64,000 bases of DNA from Paraspadella gotoi (Eukaryota; Animalia; Chaetognatha). Below, one piece after another: positions 1 through 14,400 of the stretch. The translations under genes were made by a program, and so were the position numbers. Where the stretch lies: positions 3,522,690-3,586,689 of the forward strand of contig CM119269.1 of the NCBI GenBank assembly GCA_051294375.1, written 5' to 3'. Position 1 is the first letter of the stretch; every line of letters starts with the position of its first letter. The notes below the pieces were generated by a model. That model made no database searches and was not told the DNA's origin. It saw only the letters and a list, made by a program, of their open reading frames with translations.

Positions 1-223
1 GGTTTGCATAACTTTAGCTTTTTTTTTCACCCTTGTCTATCCTCTTTTTCTTTCTGTCCTTTAACCCTTTCATTCTATCCTTCGTTCACTGTCTCCTTTT
101 ATGTCCTTGAATCAGTGATTCTTCGAATAAAAAGGGTTCGACCCGTTGACCTTTTTTCCCACCAAAAATCCTCCGATTAAGGATTTCGTTTTACGAGATT
201 CGCCGGTTCCACTTTTTTAGCGG

Positions 224-226
<3 letters not shown>

Positions 227-312
<86 letters not shown>

Positions 313-444
313 CTTCTCTCTCTCTTTTCTGGCTTAAAGTTGGTGAGGGTTTTCCAGTTGCTGCCAATTATTTGGACTGGGTTCGTTGTGCATTCTCTCT
401 ACCTCAAATCCTTTTCTCTTTTATCTCGCCGTCGATCCTCTCAA

Positions 445-508
<64 letters not shown>

Positions 509-520
509 CTCTTCTCTCTT
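227..520 (+). repeat. Two (CT)n microsatellites (227-325, 445-520)
   Basis: Seen directly. Confidence 0.95.
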
Positions 521-802
521 TTTCATAGAATGTCATATTTTCTTATGGTTTTATTTGATGGATCTAAAAATGTTAGAGAGTCCAAAATGAGAAAGTTTCG
601 CGTTATCTTTGTCGTTAAAACGTATTCTCCTGAGTCAGACATTTTCGCTCAACAGAGACAGAGACGTTTTGAGACGCCGACCGAGAGTGAGAGAGAAACA
701 CTTTTGGAGACACCGACTCAGAGTGAGACAGAGACACTTCCGGTTACATCCAACCCGTTGGAGAATTGCCGATAAATTTTTGGCCGGATGGACGTTCGAC
801 TT

Positions 803-1120
803 CGACGACGACCACAGGAAGACCACAACGACGAGCACGACGACGACACACAACGACGACTACAACGACGACCACAGACGATGAGCACGACGACGACCAC
901 AACAACGACGACCAAAATGACGACCACAATGACGACCACGACGACGACCACGACCACAACGACGACCACAACGATGACCACAACGATGACCACAACAACG
1001 ACCACGACAACGACCACGACGACGACCAGCGATGATGACCACAACGACGACACAATGACGACCACAACGACGAGCACGACAACGACCACGTCGACAAAAT
1101 GACGACCATAACGACGACCA
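803..1120 (+). repeat. Compound (GAC/CAC/AAC) microsatellite with a 12-bp higher-order unit gacgaccacaac
   Basis: Tandem gacgaccacaac / gatgaccacaac units; a related array lies at 1643-1717. Confidence 0.9.
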
Positions 1121-2230
1121 CTCGGCTCCACAAATCCACCCGACGCGCCAACGAAACCGACAGAACCGACAAAAACGACCTTCCGAGGCCGACACGGTCG
1201 GTCGCTTCTCCACTGTCTGCCCGGTGGGCGTTGCCCGCGCGTCCGCCCAATGAAAAAAATTGTCCGATCCGACGTCGGTCAACCGACGAAAACAAATGGG
1301 CAACGATGTTGGAGAAACGACGACGACGACGACGACCGAATAACGGGGACCATCGATTCACGTCTCATTTAACTTTTTCGTAATCATCGTCGTCGTCATC
1401 ATCGTCATCATTGTCGTCCCTCCGACATCGTTTGTCATCATTTCTCGTTTTAATCCGTCATCGTGAACGATTTTCCTCGAATTTTTGACTTCTTCATTAT
1501 CGTCTACTTTGTATATCACCTGTCGTTAGTCCCCGTCGTCATTCTGACCCACAAAACCCATCCTAACCCTTTAGCGACGACCTAATCGTACCTGTTGGCA
1601 ACCATTTCCTCTTTCCCGCGACGTTAGTGACTCATCGCCATTGACGACGACGACGACGACGACCACGACGACGACCACGACGACGACCACGACGACGACC
1701 ACGACAACGACGACGACGCACGTGCCAGTTTTGACGGAGAAAATCGATGGATTTCATCCGATCGTCGCAAATCTTTTTGTGAAGCGAAAAATTGCGTTTG
1801 AATGCGATCTGTGAATCTTTTTGAGAACCCGCAATTGGATTTAACGAGCACTTGGTGGAAGTAGAATTTAATGAACTATTTCTTTAAAGCAACCATTTGA
1901 AAATGTTCTTATAATGTTACCGAAAAGGAAACTATGATAAACAATGAAAAGAAAAACAAATAAACGATAAAATATTTGATAAAGATTTGACAAATACGTA
2001 AAGAAAAACCCCCCAAAACGGATCGATACTAGGCCATGAAAAATAATGGACAACCGAGGAAACCATTTTCATGTGAGGACGACGACGACGACGACGACGA
2101 TGACGACGACGACGACGACAAAGCCGAAGGTGAATCAGTCAAAAATGACGACATTTGCGCCAATGTGCACATGACAACTATTACGAAGTTGATGACGAAC
2201 AACGACGAAAAAAAAATGATTCGTTCATAT

Positions 2231-2267
<37 letters not shown>

Positions 2268-5200
2268 AACGATTTCCTCGTCGTCATCGTCATCTGGCAT
2301 TTCGTGCCGCGCGCACGGAGATTTCGCGTCCCCGTTGTTATCGTCGTCGTCGTCATTGTCGTCTTCGCGCGTCTTTGATTTCGTTTTTACGGTTTTTTGC
2401 TCCATTGTCTTTTTTTTCCAGTTGTCGATGAAATTTTTTTTCCGCGTCGTTCGCCAATGATTTGTTTGTTTGTTTTTTTTAGGTTTTTTTTCCGCGAGTT
2501 TCCCTTTTCGCTGTGAGACTCCGATAACCGTTGTTTTCATCTCCATGGAAACGGTGATCGAACTTCGAACTTCACTTTCGCTCAAACTCTTTCCAACTCG
2601 AAATCCTAGCGAGGCTTTTCTCCGTCGTTCATGATTATCTCACTATTCGATTATTTTTGCTTTTTTTTGTGAATAAAAATTCTCGTCTTACTTCGATCGC
2701 TTTTTTCTCACGTTTCAAACGTCGACTTATCCTTTGTCGCGAATTCGCAGCTTCGTCTCTCGAATTCCTCAATTTTTTTTTCTCAATTCCATTCAATTTC
2801 TTTTTTTTTTCTTTGGCGATTATGTAGCTATTTCTTTTTTTTTTCGAGCGGCTTTTCGCCAGAAGACGCGTCCTTTCATTTTTCCCTCTGCCCCCATTTT
2901 TTCTATTCTCATCGGATCCTACTTTAACTCATTGTTTTTCGCGTTAATCAAATTTTGTTTTATATTTTTGGCATTTACCGTCTTTCTCATATAATCTCTT
3001 CTTTTATTTATGTTTTATCCTTTCCTTTTTTTCTCTCTTTCCTTTAACATCCGCTTGCCCTTTTTTAATCTTGTTATAATTGTATTATTCTTTTCCCCTT
3101 CTCTCTCCTTCTCTCTCCTTCTTATCCTTCTATTCATCTTCTTCCTTTCTTCTTCTTCTCATTTTCCTTTTCATTTCATTCTCCTTCCTTCTTTATCTCC
3201 CCGATTGACCCACTTCTTTTCTTTAACGCAAAATCTGATCGATTTTCCCTCTCGAAATTTCTCTACTTCTTTAGCCCTGATTAAAGAATAAAAAGGCCTT
3301 AGCTTTAGTAAGGAAAAAAAAATCCGCCTTTTTTTCGACTATTCTTTTTTTTTAATCATTAGATTTTCTCCATTAATAAACTCTTTTAACATTTATGATT
3401 AAACAACTACAACAAAACGAGCATCGTTATTTCACGGATAATTACGTAAAAGTTTAGATATAATTATTTCACAAAAATTCGTTCACCACAATTTATTTTT
3501 TCATTTGTCACCCGGAGTCATGTACTACTGTCACCCTTCTATAATCCAATTAAATTTAAAAAAAAAAGGTTTCCTGATTACGAGTCGATAATTGCGACTT
3601 CATCAGCAGACGCAAGTCGCCTTTATCGAGATTTCCTTTCAAAGAGATTATCTGCTTGGAATGTTGGCATTGCAAGAATTTCATTTCCTGGTTCCTGGCT
3701 TCCATTTGCTCTCAATGCTCTCTCTGTTAGTGAAAAGCAACTCGTGACATTGCTTGCTTTAGCCAAGCTTGGCGACTCTCAATTTTTCTAGCGGTTCGTT
3801 AAGTCTGATTGTGAATGCTGATTGTCGATGCCTTCGCGAGGGAAAGTGAAAGCTCGTTAGCAATATTGATTTTTTTTCCCCCAGTGAATGTCGTTTGATT
3901 TTAAAAATGAACCTGACAAAAGCTTTTGAGAGAGAGAGGGAGCGAGAGTGAGAGCGAGAGTGCAAATTCACTGGGCGGTAAAGTCGTCTTATCGCGCTTT
4001 CATCATAAAAGGCTTTTAATCCGAGGACACGCCTCGAGTCTTCCGGAAGTAACTCTNNNNNNNNNNNNNNNNNNNNNNNNNNNNNNNNNNNNNNNNNNNN
4101 NNNNNNNNNNNNNNNNNNNNNNNNNNNNNNNNNNNNNNNNNNNNNNNNNNNNNNNNNNNNNNNNNNNNNNNNNNNNNNNNNNNNNNNNNNNNNNNNNNNN
4201 NNNNNNNNNNNNNNNNNNNNNNNNNNNNNNNNNNNNNNNNNNNNNNNNNNNNNNNNNNNNNNNNNNNNNNNNNNNNNNNNNNNNNNNNNNNNNNNNNNNN
4301 NNNNNNNNNNNNNNNNNNNNNNNNNNNNNNNNNNNNNNNNNNNNNNNNNNNNNNNNNTGGCGCAGATGCGGAAATGACAACAACAATAACAAAAAAAAAC
4401 GACAACAACTATAATATGATGNNNNNNNNNNAACAATAACAAAAAAACGACAACAACAACAACATGATGATAGACCAACACTCGAAACGACGGCGACTGT
4501 CGCATAGAAAGTACAAACTTGCTTTTGANNNNNNNNNNNNNNNNNNNNNNNNNNNNNNNNNNNNNNNNNNNNNNNNNNNNNNNNNNNNNNNNNNNNNNNN
4601 NNNNNNNNNNNNNNNNNNNNNNNNNNNNNNNNNNNNNNNNNNNNNNNNNNNNNNNNNNNNNNNNNNNNNNNNNNNNNNNNNNNNNNNNNNNNNNNNNNNN
4701 NNNNNNNNNNNNNNNNNNNNNNNNNNNNNNNNNNNNNNNNNNNNNNNNNNNNNNNNNNNNNNNNNNNNNNNNNNNNNNNNNNNNNNNNNNNNNNNNNNNN
4801 NNNNNNNNNNNNNNNNNNNNNNNNNNNNNNNNNNNNNNNNNNNNNNNNNNNNNNNNNNNNNNNNNNNNNNNNNNNNNNNNNNNNNNNTTTTTTTTCTTCT
4901 TTTTCTTCTTTTTTTCTTTGTCTTTCTCGCCGAGAATTGATTGCGCCTTTCGCTGTTTGTCTCCCGTTTGACATTTACGCCATTTTTTGCCTCCGCTATT
5001 CTTAGGGCTTCGAACTTTCTCTTTGTATCACANNNNNNNNNNNNNNNNNNNNNNNNNNNNNNNNNNNNNNNNNNNNNNNNNNNNNNNNNNNNNNNNNNNN
5101 NNNNNNNNNNNNNNNNNNNNNNNNNNNNNNNNNNNNNNNNNNNNNNNNNNNNNNNNNNNNNNNNNNNNNNNNNNNNNNNNNNNNNNNNNNNNNNNNNNNN

Positions 5201-7644
5201 NNNNNNNNNNNTCTCTCTCTCGTACTCGCATTCATACGCCCACGTTTTACTCCTTTTACAATGCCTTATGAATTCCAATTGCAGTTTTCCGTTAATATCT
5301 TTAAAGTTTTATTTTTTTCACTGTAAATTTTGAATTCTATTAATTTCGAGATGGGATAAAACTTTTTTTTTCTATCAAAAAGAAAATGTTTTTTCCTTTA
5401 TCCATGCTGCTTCGCATTAAGCAATTCAACAATAAGAAAACATTAAAATATTAAAATAACATACTTTCCTTCCCAATGCCGGATCTGTGGTGGAACGATA
5501 TTAGTTTTTTGTCCCCCTGAGAATTTAGACACAAAGAGTTTATCAAAAATCCCGCTCTGTTCGGAATATCCAAAGCCTCGGGGTAATAAATGAACTTTTT
5601 CCGTAAACCCCGGGCTGAAAAAAAGGGGAGGTAGAGGGCAAAAGGAGAGGCGGGAAGATTGGGTATTTTTAGAACGGGGTTGGGTCATTTTTTGGACTTA
5701 CCGAGGCGGCGTTTTGGGGGTGGAGTGTATTTTGGGTAGGGCCAAGGTTTACTCTGGTAGACGAAGAAGAAAAAACCTAATGAATTCCTTCGAAACCTTT
5801 TTTTTACGTTGGACTTTGAACTTAAAAGAATTATTAACTAGCTACTAAGCTCGAACTGCCAGCATCGAGTCGGAAACTCCGCCAACCAATCGAGTATAAT
5901 CCCGAGCTTCATTCTTTCTATTTTTCCATCAACTTTTCTTTCCTTTCCAATTTATTCTCTTTTCTTTTTTTCTTGTTCGTTTAAATCAACTTCTTTCCAG
6001 AAATTTCCCCCTTGAAGTCTCGCGCCGACGGTTTCACTTCTCTCTGTTTTGCAGTTTCTTCTCAGTTCTGTTGCTCGTCTTTTGCAGTCTTTTGCAGTTT
6101 GTTCTCGTCTTTTCAGTTCTCCTCACGGCAATTTGTCCAGCCAGCGAATAACTATTTTCAGTTCGTGCATAGCCAAGAAAACGATGAAGATTTTGTTGGC
6201 GAGAAATTCTCGAATCGAACGTCTCGCGGTTGAGGCCTTACGCCGCGCACGCGACATCAATAACAACAACATCTTTGCTAGGTCTTTACCTCTTAAGCAT
6301 CAAATCGGCTTGCGTCGTCATTTGTCCTATCATCACCCGGCACCTCGACCTTACGGAGCAGGTCTTCATTAACTCCTTCTCTTTCACGTTTTAGCCTCAA
6401 TTTTTCGCCATATGACGCATTAAACACACCATTCCCAACACCCCCCCCTCCCCAAAAAAAATAACCCAAACAAACCAAAAAAACAAAAAAAAAAACACAA
6501 AAATAGAAAGCGGAAACACGGAATACGCCGCTTTTTAGCTTTCCTGTCTTTCCGCGCGGGCCCCGCGCGCCCGCGCGCGCAATTTGCGCGTCCGCGGCAA
6601 TCGACCGAAAAATGTCGGCCGCTCGTCGTCAGTGATCGCCGTCTCTTGCCGTCGTCTTCAATCGTCGTCTTCGGGTTCGAAGGTACTTTTGGAGCTCTCG
6701 AATTTCGACCGCTGATTCTTTTCCATTTTTTTTTGCCAAACGTGCCGCGTCTTTTTCGCGATCGGGCGTCTTTGTAAGTTAAGGCGGCCTACAGACCTCG
6801 TTGCTAATAACGTGATCACATCGTCGAAAGGATCTTTTTTCGCACGGTACGCACCTTCTGTTTGTCACTGCGCCGTCACGTCTGTTTTGTTCACGCAGTG
6901 CTTTTTTCACTCCGCACTTCTGGGCATGAAATTTTTTCTTTTGAATATTTTACGGTCCTCTTCGTATACTATTGAAGCTGTTCTTTTTTGTTTCATTCAG
7001 GCAGCAAATTTTCATGCTTTTCTCCGTTAAAGTATTTTTAAGCTTTAGTGGTGAATATATAAATTATTAAATATGTAGTTCACTAACTCCTTGCAATATT
7101 GCTTACTTTTCGCTTCGAAAAAACATGATAAATATAAAATCTCCTCGGAGGGATCTGCCGGGCTCAGCACTTCTTTCTGCTTGACCGCTCTCGGGAACTT
7201 AATCCGCTTCTCTTCCTCCGAGTGTTTAAGCATATATTTTCATTTTTTCTTTCTTGTCTTTTGTTTCTAGAAGCAGAATGTCGCCGTTGTTAGACTTTTT
7301 CGCTTTTGGCCGCTCGCGGTCCGCGAGGGAGGGCAACTCGCTGGTTTTTTAGAGCCTACGCTATACACCCCCCCTTCGCCTTCTTTTGCTTTGCGCCTGA
7401 CTCAACCAAGTCCTTATCTCTTTCCCCGCTTTCCGCCTCTCTTCTTTCCGCTGCTTACGCGTGTCCTTTGCTTCTCTTTGGCCCCGTTTCCCGCTCTCTC
7501 TTTCCGGCTGCACTGCCCGCTATGCTGCTTTCGCACCCCTTGTCCCCTCTCTGCTTATTCCTTTTTGCCCGCTTTCTCTTCCCCGCTTCCACGCTCCTCT
7601 CTTACATGCCCTTGTCCACTCTGACCCAACTAACCCTTCCGCCG

Positions 7645-7677
<33 letters not shown>

Positions 7678-8089
7678 TTCCTCAGCTCTTCCCCTCTTAG
7701 CCACCCGGCAGGCGGCTTTCTGCTTTTCCGCCGCCTAGTTTGCCCGGCTCTCTCTTGTCGGCCCTGCATTTACCGGCGCTTTCTGCATTCCCGGCCTTTC
7801 CCCGCTCTCTCTTACCCCTTTGCCCTTCCCCCTTCGTTTCTCCTCCGCCCACGATAGATTTTATCACTTACCGTAAAAAACCGTGTTTCACGAAAGCCGC
7901 CGCGTAGATCGATCCGTGTCTGCTTATTATGAATTCGTGATACAAACAAACTTGTAACTTTTCGTTCGCCGATCGAAAATACGGTAGAAGTTCAACGAAT
8001 GTTCTTTTAAAATTATTCTTTCATTTCTTTACCTCCCCTTTTTTTTCGCGTTCTCATTTCTACTCCTTTTTTTTCTTCCTACCTTAACT

Positions 8090-8156
8090 TCTAGTCGAGC
8101 TTAGACCAGTCTAGTCTAGTCTAGCTTAGACTAGTCTAGTCTAGTTTAGTCTAGTA
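8090..8156. repeat. (CTAGT)n pentamer array
   Basis: agtctagtctagtctagcttagactagtctagtctagtttagtctagt. Confidence 0.85.
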
Positions 8157-8392
8157 TCCAATTTACTTTTTCTCCTACAAAATTTATTTTCCCCTTTTCC
8201 ATCTTTGCTTATAAAATGTCGCTTCCTAGTCCCGCGGGAGTCATTTTGACTGATTCGCCTCAATCAACCACTTACCACGTCCGGACTCTTTCACTCCTCC
8301 TTTCACATTCACGTTCACAACTTCTCTCATCCCTTGAAAACTCTGGCGATTTTTTATCAGATCTTCTCTACGATATTAGAAAAAGATTGGAT

Positions 8393-8417
8393 NNNNNNNN
8401 NNNNNNNNNNNNNNNNN
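8393..8417. other. Assembly gap of exactly 25 N; others at 33818-33842, 35252-35276, 48724-48748, 55569-55593 and 60877-60901
   Basis: Counted directly. Other gaps: 4057-4357, 4422-4431, 4529-4887, 5033-5211, 15899-16026, 16335-16596, 34620-34926, 38187-38403, 55481-55490. Confidence 0.97.
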
Positions 8418-11400
8418 TATATCAGCCGCGCGCCGGGGGGCGGCACTTTCACGTGCACTTGCAGCCTTCCGTGAAGAGGCGATTCACCGTTGATGACTTT
8501 TTTTTTCATCGCACTCGGAATCACGGCTTCGTCGACGTTTTTTTTTTTTTTTTTTTCTTTTTGCCGCCAACGGGGGTATCACGGTGGATCACATTTATTC
8601 CGTAGCCGCATAAAAAAAAATGATCACGTGATCCGAGAAAGGCGACGCTCCGTAGATTGACGATGAAGCCGGAAACAACGAATCACGGAAAGCGAATTGC
8701 GTTTTTTTAGCGCGGAGCGCCCAGGACTAAACTCGACGAGCGCTCAAAGAATCTATTGAGCGCTATAAGCGAAATTTTGGGAGCGCAACCAAAAAGCAAA
8801 GAAAAAAATATGCGAGGTAAAAAAAAATTAATTTTCACAGTTATCCCGTTAAGCGGCTCAAATTACTAGTCATAGTTTTCTATAATGTCCAACAAAACTA
8901 GTGCTCAGGCAACTCACTGAGAATGCATTCAATCTGAACGTTTCGCAGGTAAACTCCCATTCACAAGCCCACAGAGACATTACGCCTTGGACTCAAAGTA
9001 ATTCCGCCGTACGAAGGACAAATCAAAAATAAAAAAGCGTCACCTAAATAAACGCAGCCGTCGATGGCATGCCGAATGCGCGCGAGCGTTTTTGTCCGTC
9101 GTTCGCTCGATCTTGTTCGTTCGTTCGATTCCCAGATTTGCTGCACATCAATAACTGTCATTCTTGCGAAATCGACGTCGATCATGCGTCGCCACGTTAG
9201 CGGAGAGATTTTGGGTGAAGCCTCGTCGCTCGTTATGCGGTCGTCTTTGTCGTTATCCTATTTCCGTTGACGTGGACGAAACTTCGCGCGGTCCAATTCG
9301 TCCTTTCTTTTGCGCCACATTGAGAAGTTTCCCTTTTTTCCCTGCGGCGCCAACAAATTAGGATGGACTGCATCGCTGTTTCATCAAAATCCATTCTTCC
9401 TTTCCTCGATTAACAAAAGAACAAGAAGATAAATAAAAGAGGAAAAATTGAAGCCTCACGGACTTCGCTGCGTGAGAAAGGAATCTTCGAGATATGAGGA
9501 AGAAATAATTGTCGCCGCGTAAGCATTCTTGAATTAAACTTCCCGTCGGTTTATCTTTTTTCATATTTTCTTTTCTTTGTCAATATTTTTTCTATTCTTA
9601 TCTTTCCTTTTTTCTTTCTTCCTTTTTTCTTTCTTTCTTTTCTTATTTTTCCTTATCCCATTTTTTTTTTCTTTTTGACCTGCGCAATCCGAGGTTTCGT
9701 TCACGATTTCACTCTTAATTCTCTATTTTTGCCGTGACAAAAGTAGAATTGCAGAGAAGCGCCGATGAAAGAGCCGAATCGGCCCACCAAAGAAATTGCG
9801 AAAGGCAGACGCTTTCAAACTTCATCTCGATTCTGCAGCGCGGGAAGAAAAAAAAACAGATCAAGAAAACTTTCGGAATTCCAAGAAGTTGTATTTTACA
9901 AAGGACTTTAAATTGAATGGGACAGCTGATTCAATTGTTAGGAGTTTAAACGGTTTGCGAAAATTCAAAGAGAGGAGCACGTGGATAGAGAGAGAGAGAG
10001 AGAGAGAGAAGGAGAGACGAAGAAGGAGAGAGAGAGAGAGAGAGATGAGAGACTCGAAGAGACCGAGAGAGAGACGAGAGGAGAGAGCAGCTGTGCGCCG
10101 AGGGTTAATGAATTCCAAGAATCAAGGACGCCGAATATCCTCAGCACCGCCTCGGGGTAGGTTAAAAAGCGAAGATGATGGAATGTTTGATTCAAACTCG
10201 AGGCCGAATAGGACTTCGCGGGCGCCGAACGGATGCAACCATCGCAAACGGGCAGAAAATGTGGCGCGGTGGGGCTGGGTTGGACGCGCGTTTGAAATGA
10301 AGCCGAGGTCGCTGCATTGAATCTCATGTGACGGTCGAATCGTGAGTGCAGGTTGGGGCGGAATGAGAGACACGAAGTTTTAAGCGAAGGCGCGGCCCGC
10401 CCGTCCCTCGAGTCATGTGAAGGCCTCGTTGTTTTGCCTCAGATGTTCTCATTGTTATCATTTCAATGAGGATGGACAAACACAATTACATAGATCTAAA
10501 CTAATGGCGCAAACAGCTGTTTTAAATAGGAAGTTTAAACACCCTTCAAAGTACATTAGCTTGCCAAAATCATTTTTTTATATTTTTATGGGGCCACTTC
10601 ATTTTTAATCAATCGATGATCATTGCGCGCAAAGACTTTTATTATGAGTTTCTGGTAAGAATTTATTCCGTAGGGTTTCTGGCAAACACAATCTCGCCAA
10701 TGATTTGCTGGCAAAGACCATCTCCGTCGTTTGCCGACTCTTTTTTCCTTAGAGATTCGAAAAAAATCGCGCCCGCCACTGATGCGACGGCCGCATGAAT
10801 TTCGATAGGAAAATGACGTCAAAGGAGGAGGAGGGAGGAGGAGCAGGGAGGAGGAGGAGGAGGAGGATAGAAAACACGACGAGGTACAAGTGGGAAGCAA
10901 AGTGGAGGCAAGAGGAAACTAGAACAAACAAAATAGAAATACAGGCGGGATATCAGTCCGCCAATTCTCATTTCTGCAAGCCAACGGACTTTATAACAGA
11001 CGGAACATTTAGTTATAATTTGTAATATTATTTTTTTTCATAGCGCGCAATCAATTTTGTGCAATAAAGGGACCGCAGGGCGCTGACCAATCCTCTTCCT
11101 ATTCCTTCTCCTCTTCCTCCCCTCCTCCCCCCTACATCATTGCGGACGCATCGAAGCCGATTTCCTCGCCCGTTCATTAACCGACGCAGCACGATTTCTG
11201 CGGGCGAGAGAATAAGAAGGAACGCCGGACGACGCCAATATGCAAATGACGATGAAAGACACATAACCGCCGAAGACGAATTTTGCGCCAGGCAAGAGTA
11301 ATGGGACAATGGGCTACGGGAGAAAGTAAGAAAGAAAGCATGAGAGATGGAGGAAAGGAGGAAAGAAAGCAAGGGGATGGGAGGAAAGGAGCGAAGAAAG

Positions 11401-14400
11401 ACAGGGGTGCGGAGGAAAGTGCAGGCAAAAGAAAGAACGGGGATGCCGGGAGCGAAAGGACGCAAAGGAGGAAAGCAAAAGAAGGGGATGCGGAGGAAAA
11501 GGGGACGAGCCGGGCATAAGAAATGAGCAGAAGCGGTTTGCGAAAGAAGAAAGCATCAGCTAGAATGTAGAAAACATGAAGAAACATGTTTATGAATAAT
11601 GGAAATGCTACATGCAATGTACAATGAATAATACGGCACTTTAGCAAATTTTTATAAAAGTTTTATTACAGAATTTAGCACATTTATAGTACAAATTACG
11701 CCCCTATACTGCCTACTAATTTTTTTCTATCCTTTGTTCTTTTGAAAAATCGATCAATAAGCTGCTTCGCCAACTCTCTTCAAAATTGAAAAAAAACGGC
11801 TTTTTTCCATTAAAAAATGATAGTAATCTTAAAAAATATCCAGTCGGATCAAATTAACCTGCGTCAATTTACAAGAGCGCCGAAAAAAATACTTCATTTT
11901 TACATACTTTTATTTTTAAAAATCAAAAAAACATAACTTTTCCACATTATTGGATGTTAAAAACCGAATTCTCGGCATTTTTAAGTTCACATCTTTTTAT
12001 TTTCCCTTCTATACTTTTTGAAAATTAATGTTAATCAATAACGGTATAAACAGACCTACAATTCCTCACTAGAAGTAAACCTTGCGGCTTCTCTATTTGG
12101 CCGCTACAATAGTATTAGTTTTACTTTTGTTCAGGACGCTATTAATTGTTAAATCTTTGAAAAAATCTTTGAAAAAATTTATATTACTTTTTGTCCTGCT
12201 GTGCTTACAATTTGAATGTTATATATCTGTCATTATCTTTTACAAAACCATAAGCTTTTAATTTGAGACCTCTCCCAACTTTTTTACGCATTTTATTTCC
12301 ATTATTGCAAATTATACGTAAAAATTAAATTTTTTTTTGATAAAAAAAGATTAAATCAATTAGTACTTTCAAATAGCAATATATTTTTTTAAAAAAAAAA
12401 AGATACAAAAATACAGTTCTACTTATAAGGCTTTAAAAACAATGCTTTAAATATAAAAATTAATACTAAATTTATAAAAAAAATAAAATACCAAACAGAT
12501 TATTAACTTATATTTTATTATAAAAAAATATATGCTATGTTTATTTAAAAACTTAATCTCAAATAAAAATAACAGGTATATAAGATGTTGCAGCTGCCTT
12601 GTATTTCAATCTTTCATGTCCAGCTTTCCTAATATATAATTTAAGAGTGCTATCCCCAGGCACATAATAACCTGTTTTCAAACAATTTATAGAATAATTC
12701 TTTACTTTTAAATGGACCGTATCAGATTTTAAGAGCAAGATCCTTCAAAAAATAATATAATTAAACTCAAAACTCTGCTAAAGGCTTTAGATAAAAAGAC
12801 CATTAATTTAAATGTAAACAAGACCATTCACAACCAGAAAATAACAAAATTTAATTTTTAATCATTTTTTTCCATATTGCATGTTAAGAATAACAATAAC
12901 AGAGGCACCTAACTTCAATAAATTTTTTAACAGTCTGCATCTTGAATTATGCAACTTAGAATGCCGTCTTTAGTAGTTATTCTTTCTATTACCTAGCTTT
13001 ATTAACTACTAGACATTTGGCGTTTTTTTTAATTGTGGATCTATTAAATCAAGTTCCGTTTTTTTTTCTTTTTTTTATTTTATATTCGAGAAAGCAAAGT
13101 GTTTGACAACTTGTTACACACGATTTATTTTATTTAAGAGACGGACATGTTAAATGTTGATGAAGGCCTTGAAGTTCAAACTAGCCGACAAACAGTTTCT
13201 ATTACACGAAGTATAAAAACAGTGTGGAGAATTTGACCTTTTCTTTTCCATTTTTTGCATGCCGTTGAAGACGATTTCGAAAATTTTTACAAACATATTT
13301 TATATTTTTGACTCTTAACTTCTTTTATGAAGAATCTCAGAATCTTTAATTACAAATTTTTAAAAAAAATATTTTGGAAATTTATGCCATTTTATAAGAA
13401 TATTACTATAAATACTAACTGCTAATTAATGACTACTGCCCAAACAATATAGCATAAATATTATTTTAGTACTTCTTAAATCATACTATCTCACGTCTCA
13501 AAATATCCATTTGTTCACTCAAATAAAATTTACTGTTCCCCAACGTGCTCCACTCTAATGTCCATTCCTTCTTAAACTAAAAAATAAATCCGTCTATAAC
13601 CAATTTTTCAACAAAATTACTTTGCCTTTCTTCCTTAATATTAAAAACAATGAAAAAGAAAGGATATATATAGCCATCATGTATCTTTATATGTCATAGC
13701 CCTTTTATGTTTTGTAGTATTAGGTTTTCTTATAATCCCAATACTCTTTTCATTTTTTAGCACTTAATTGATAGAAGGCGCCACGCAAAATCCAAACAGA
13801 GCAGGTAATTTTTGGTAAATACCTAATTATAGATACAAATATGTATTCTTTATATAACTCAAATGCCAGTTCTACTGTCTATGCCTATCAAAATAAATTT
13901 ATTTTTAATTAATAAATAATTTTATTCATAAATATTTTAAAAAATTAAAAAAATTATTTTTTTAAAACTATTAATAATATATTTCTATTCAAGCCTACTT
14001 AAAAGTTAATTGCCATTATACTTGTTAATATTTCTGCGAACATTTTTTTTATTAAACAACTATATTTCAAATATTGAGTAAGCTACTGTATTAATATTTT
14101 TTTGTAAATATTTTTTTTCATAAATTAATAACAAATATTATTATTATTTAAAGCTGGATATTGCAGATTGAATTAAAAGCCATTCAACTAATATATACCT
14201 GTATTTTATTAGCATTAAGTTTTAATTTAAACATCATATATTCCTTTATAATCAAAAATTAAAGTTCAACTAATCTGCTTTTATTTATTTTCTTTATTAT
14301 AATTTTATATATTTTTTATTTTTAAACATTTGTTTTAAAAGCCTTATTAAGCTTAGAACTGTATTTTTTTGTATCTTTTATTTTTTTTAAAAAATATTCT

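Noticed and set aside
718-1383. Overlapping poly-Thr, poly-Val and Asp/His ORFs
   Set aside because: Translations of a trinucleotide-based repeat that is open in most frames; no splice or homology support.
3759-5333. Long ORFs in the ORF track
   Set aside because: They are open only because they run through N-gaps.
7306-7857. 183-aa hydrophobic ORF
   Set aside because: Pyrimidine-rich degenerate low-complexity sequence in which stop codons are rare by composition.
12740-13200. Penelope-like GIY-YIG tail (KLKTL..AL..LNV) and a hammerhead-like TGATGAAGGC...GCCGACAAAC
   Set aside because: The ribozyme core is imperfect, and the mirrored palindrome arm (about 13500-14050) does not reproduce these motifs; consistent with read noise.
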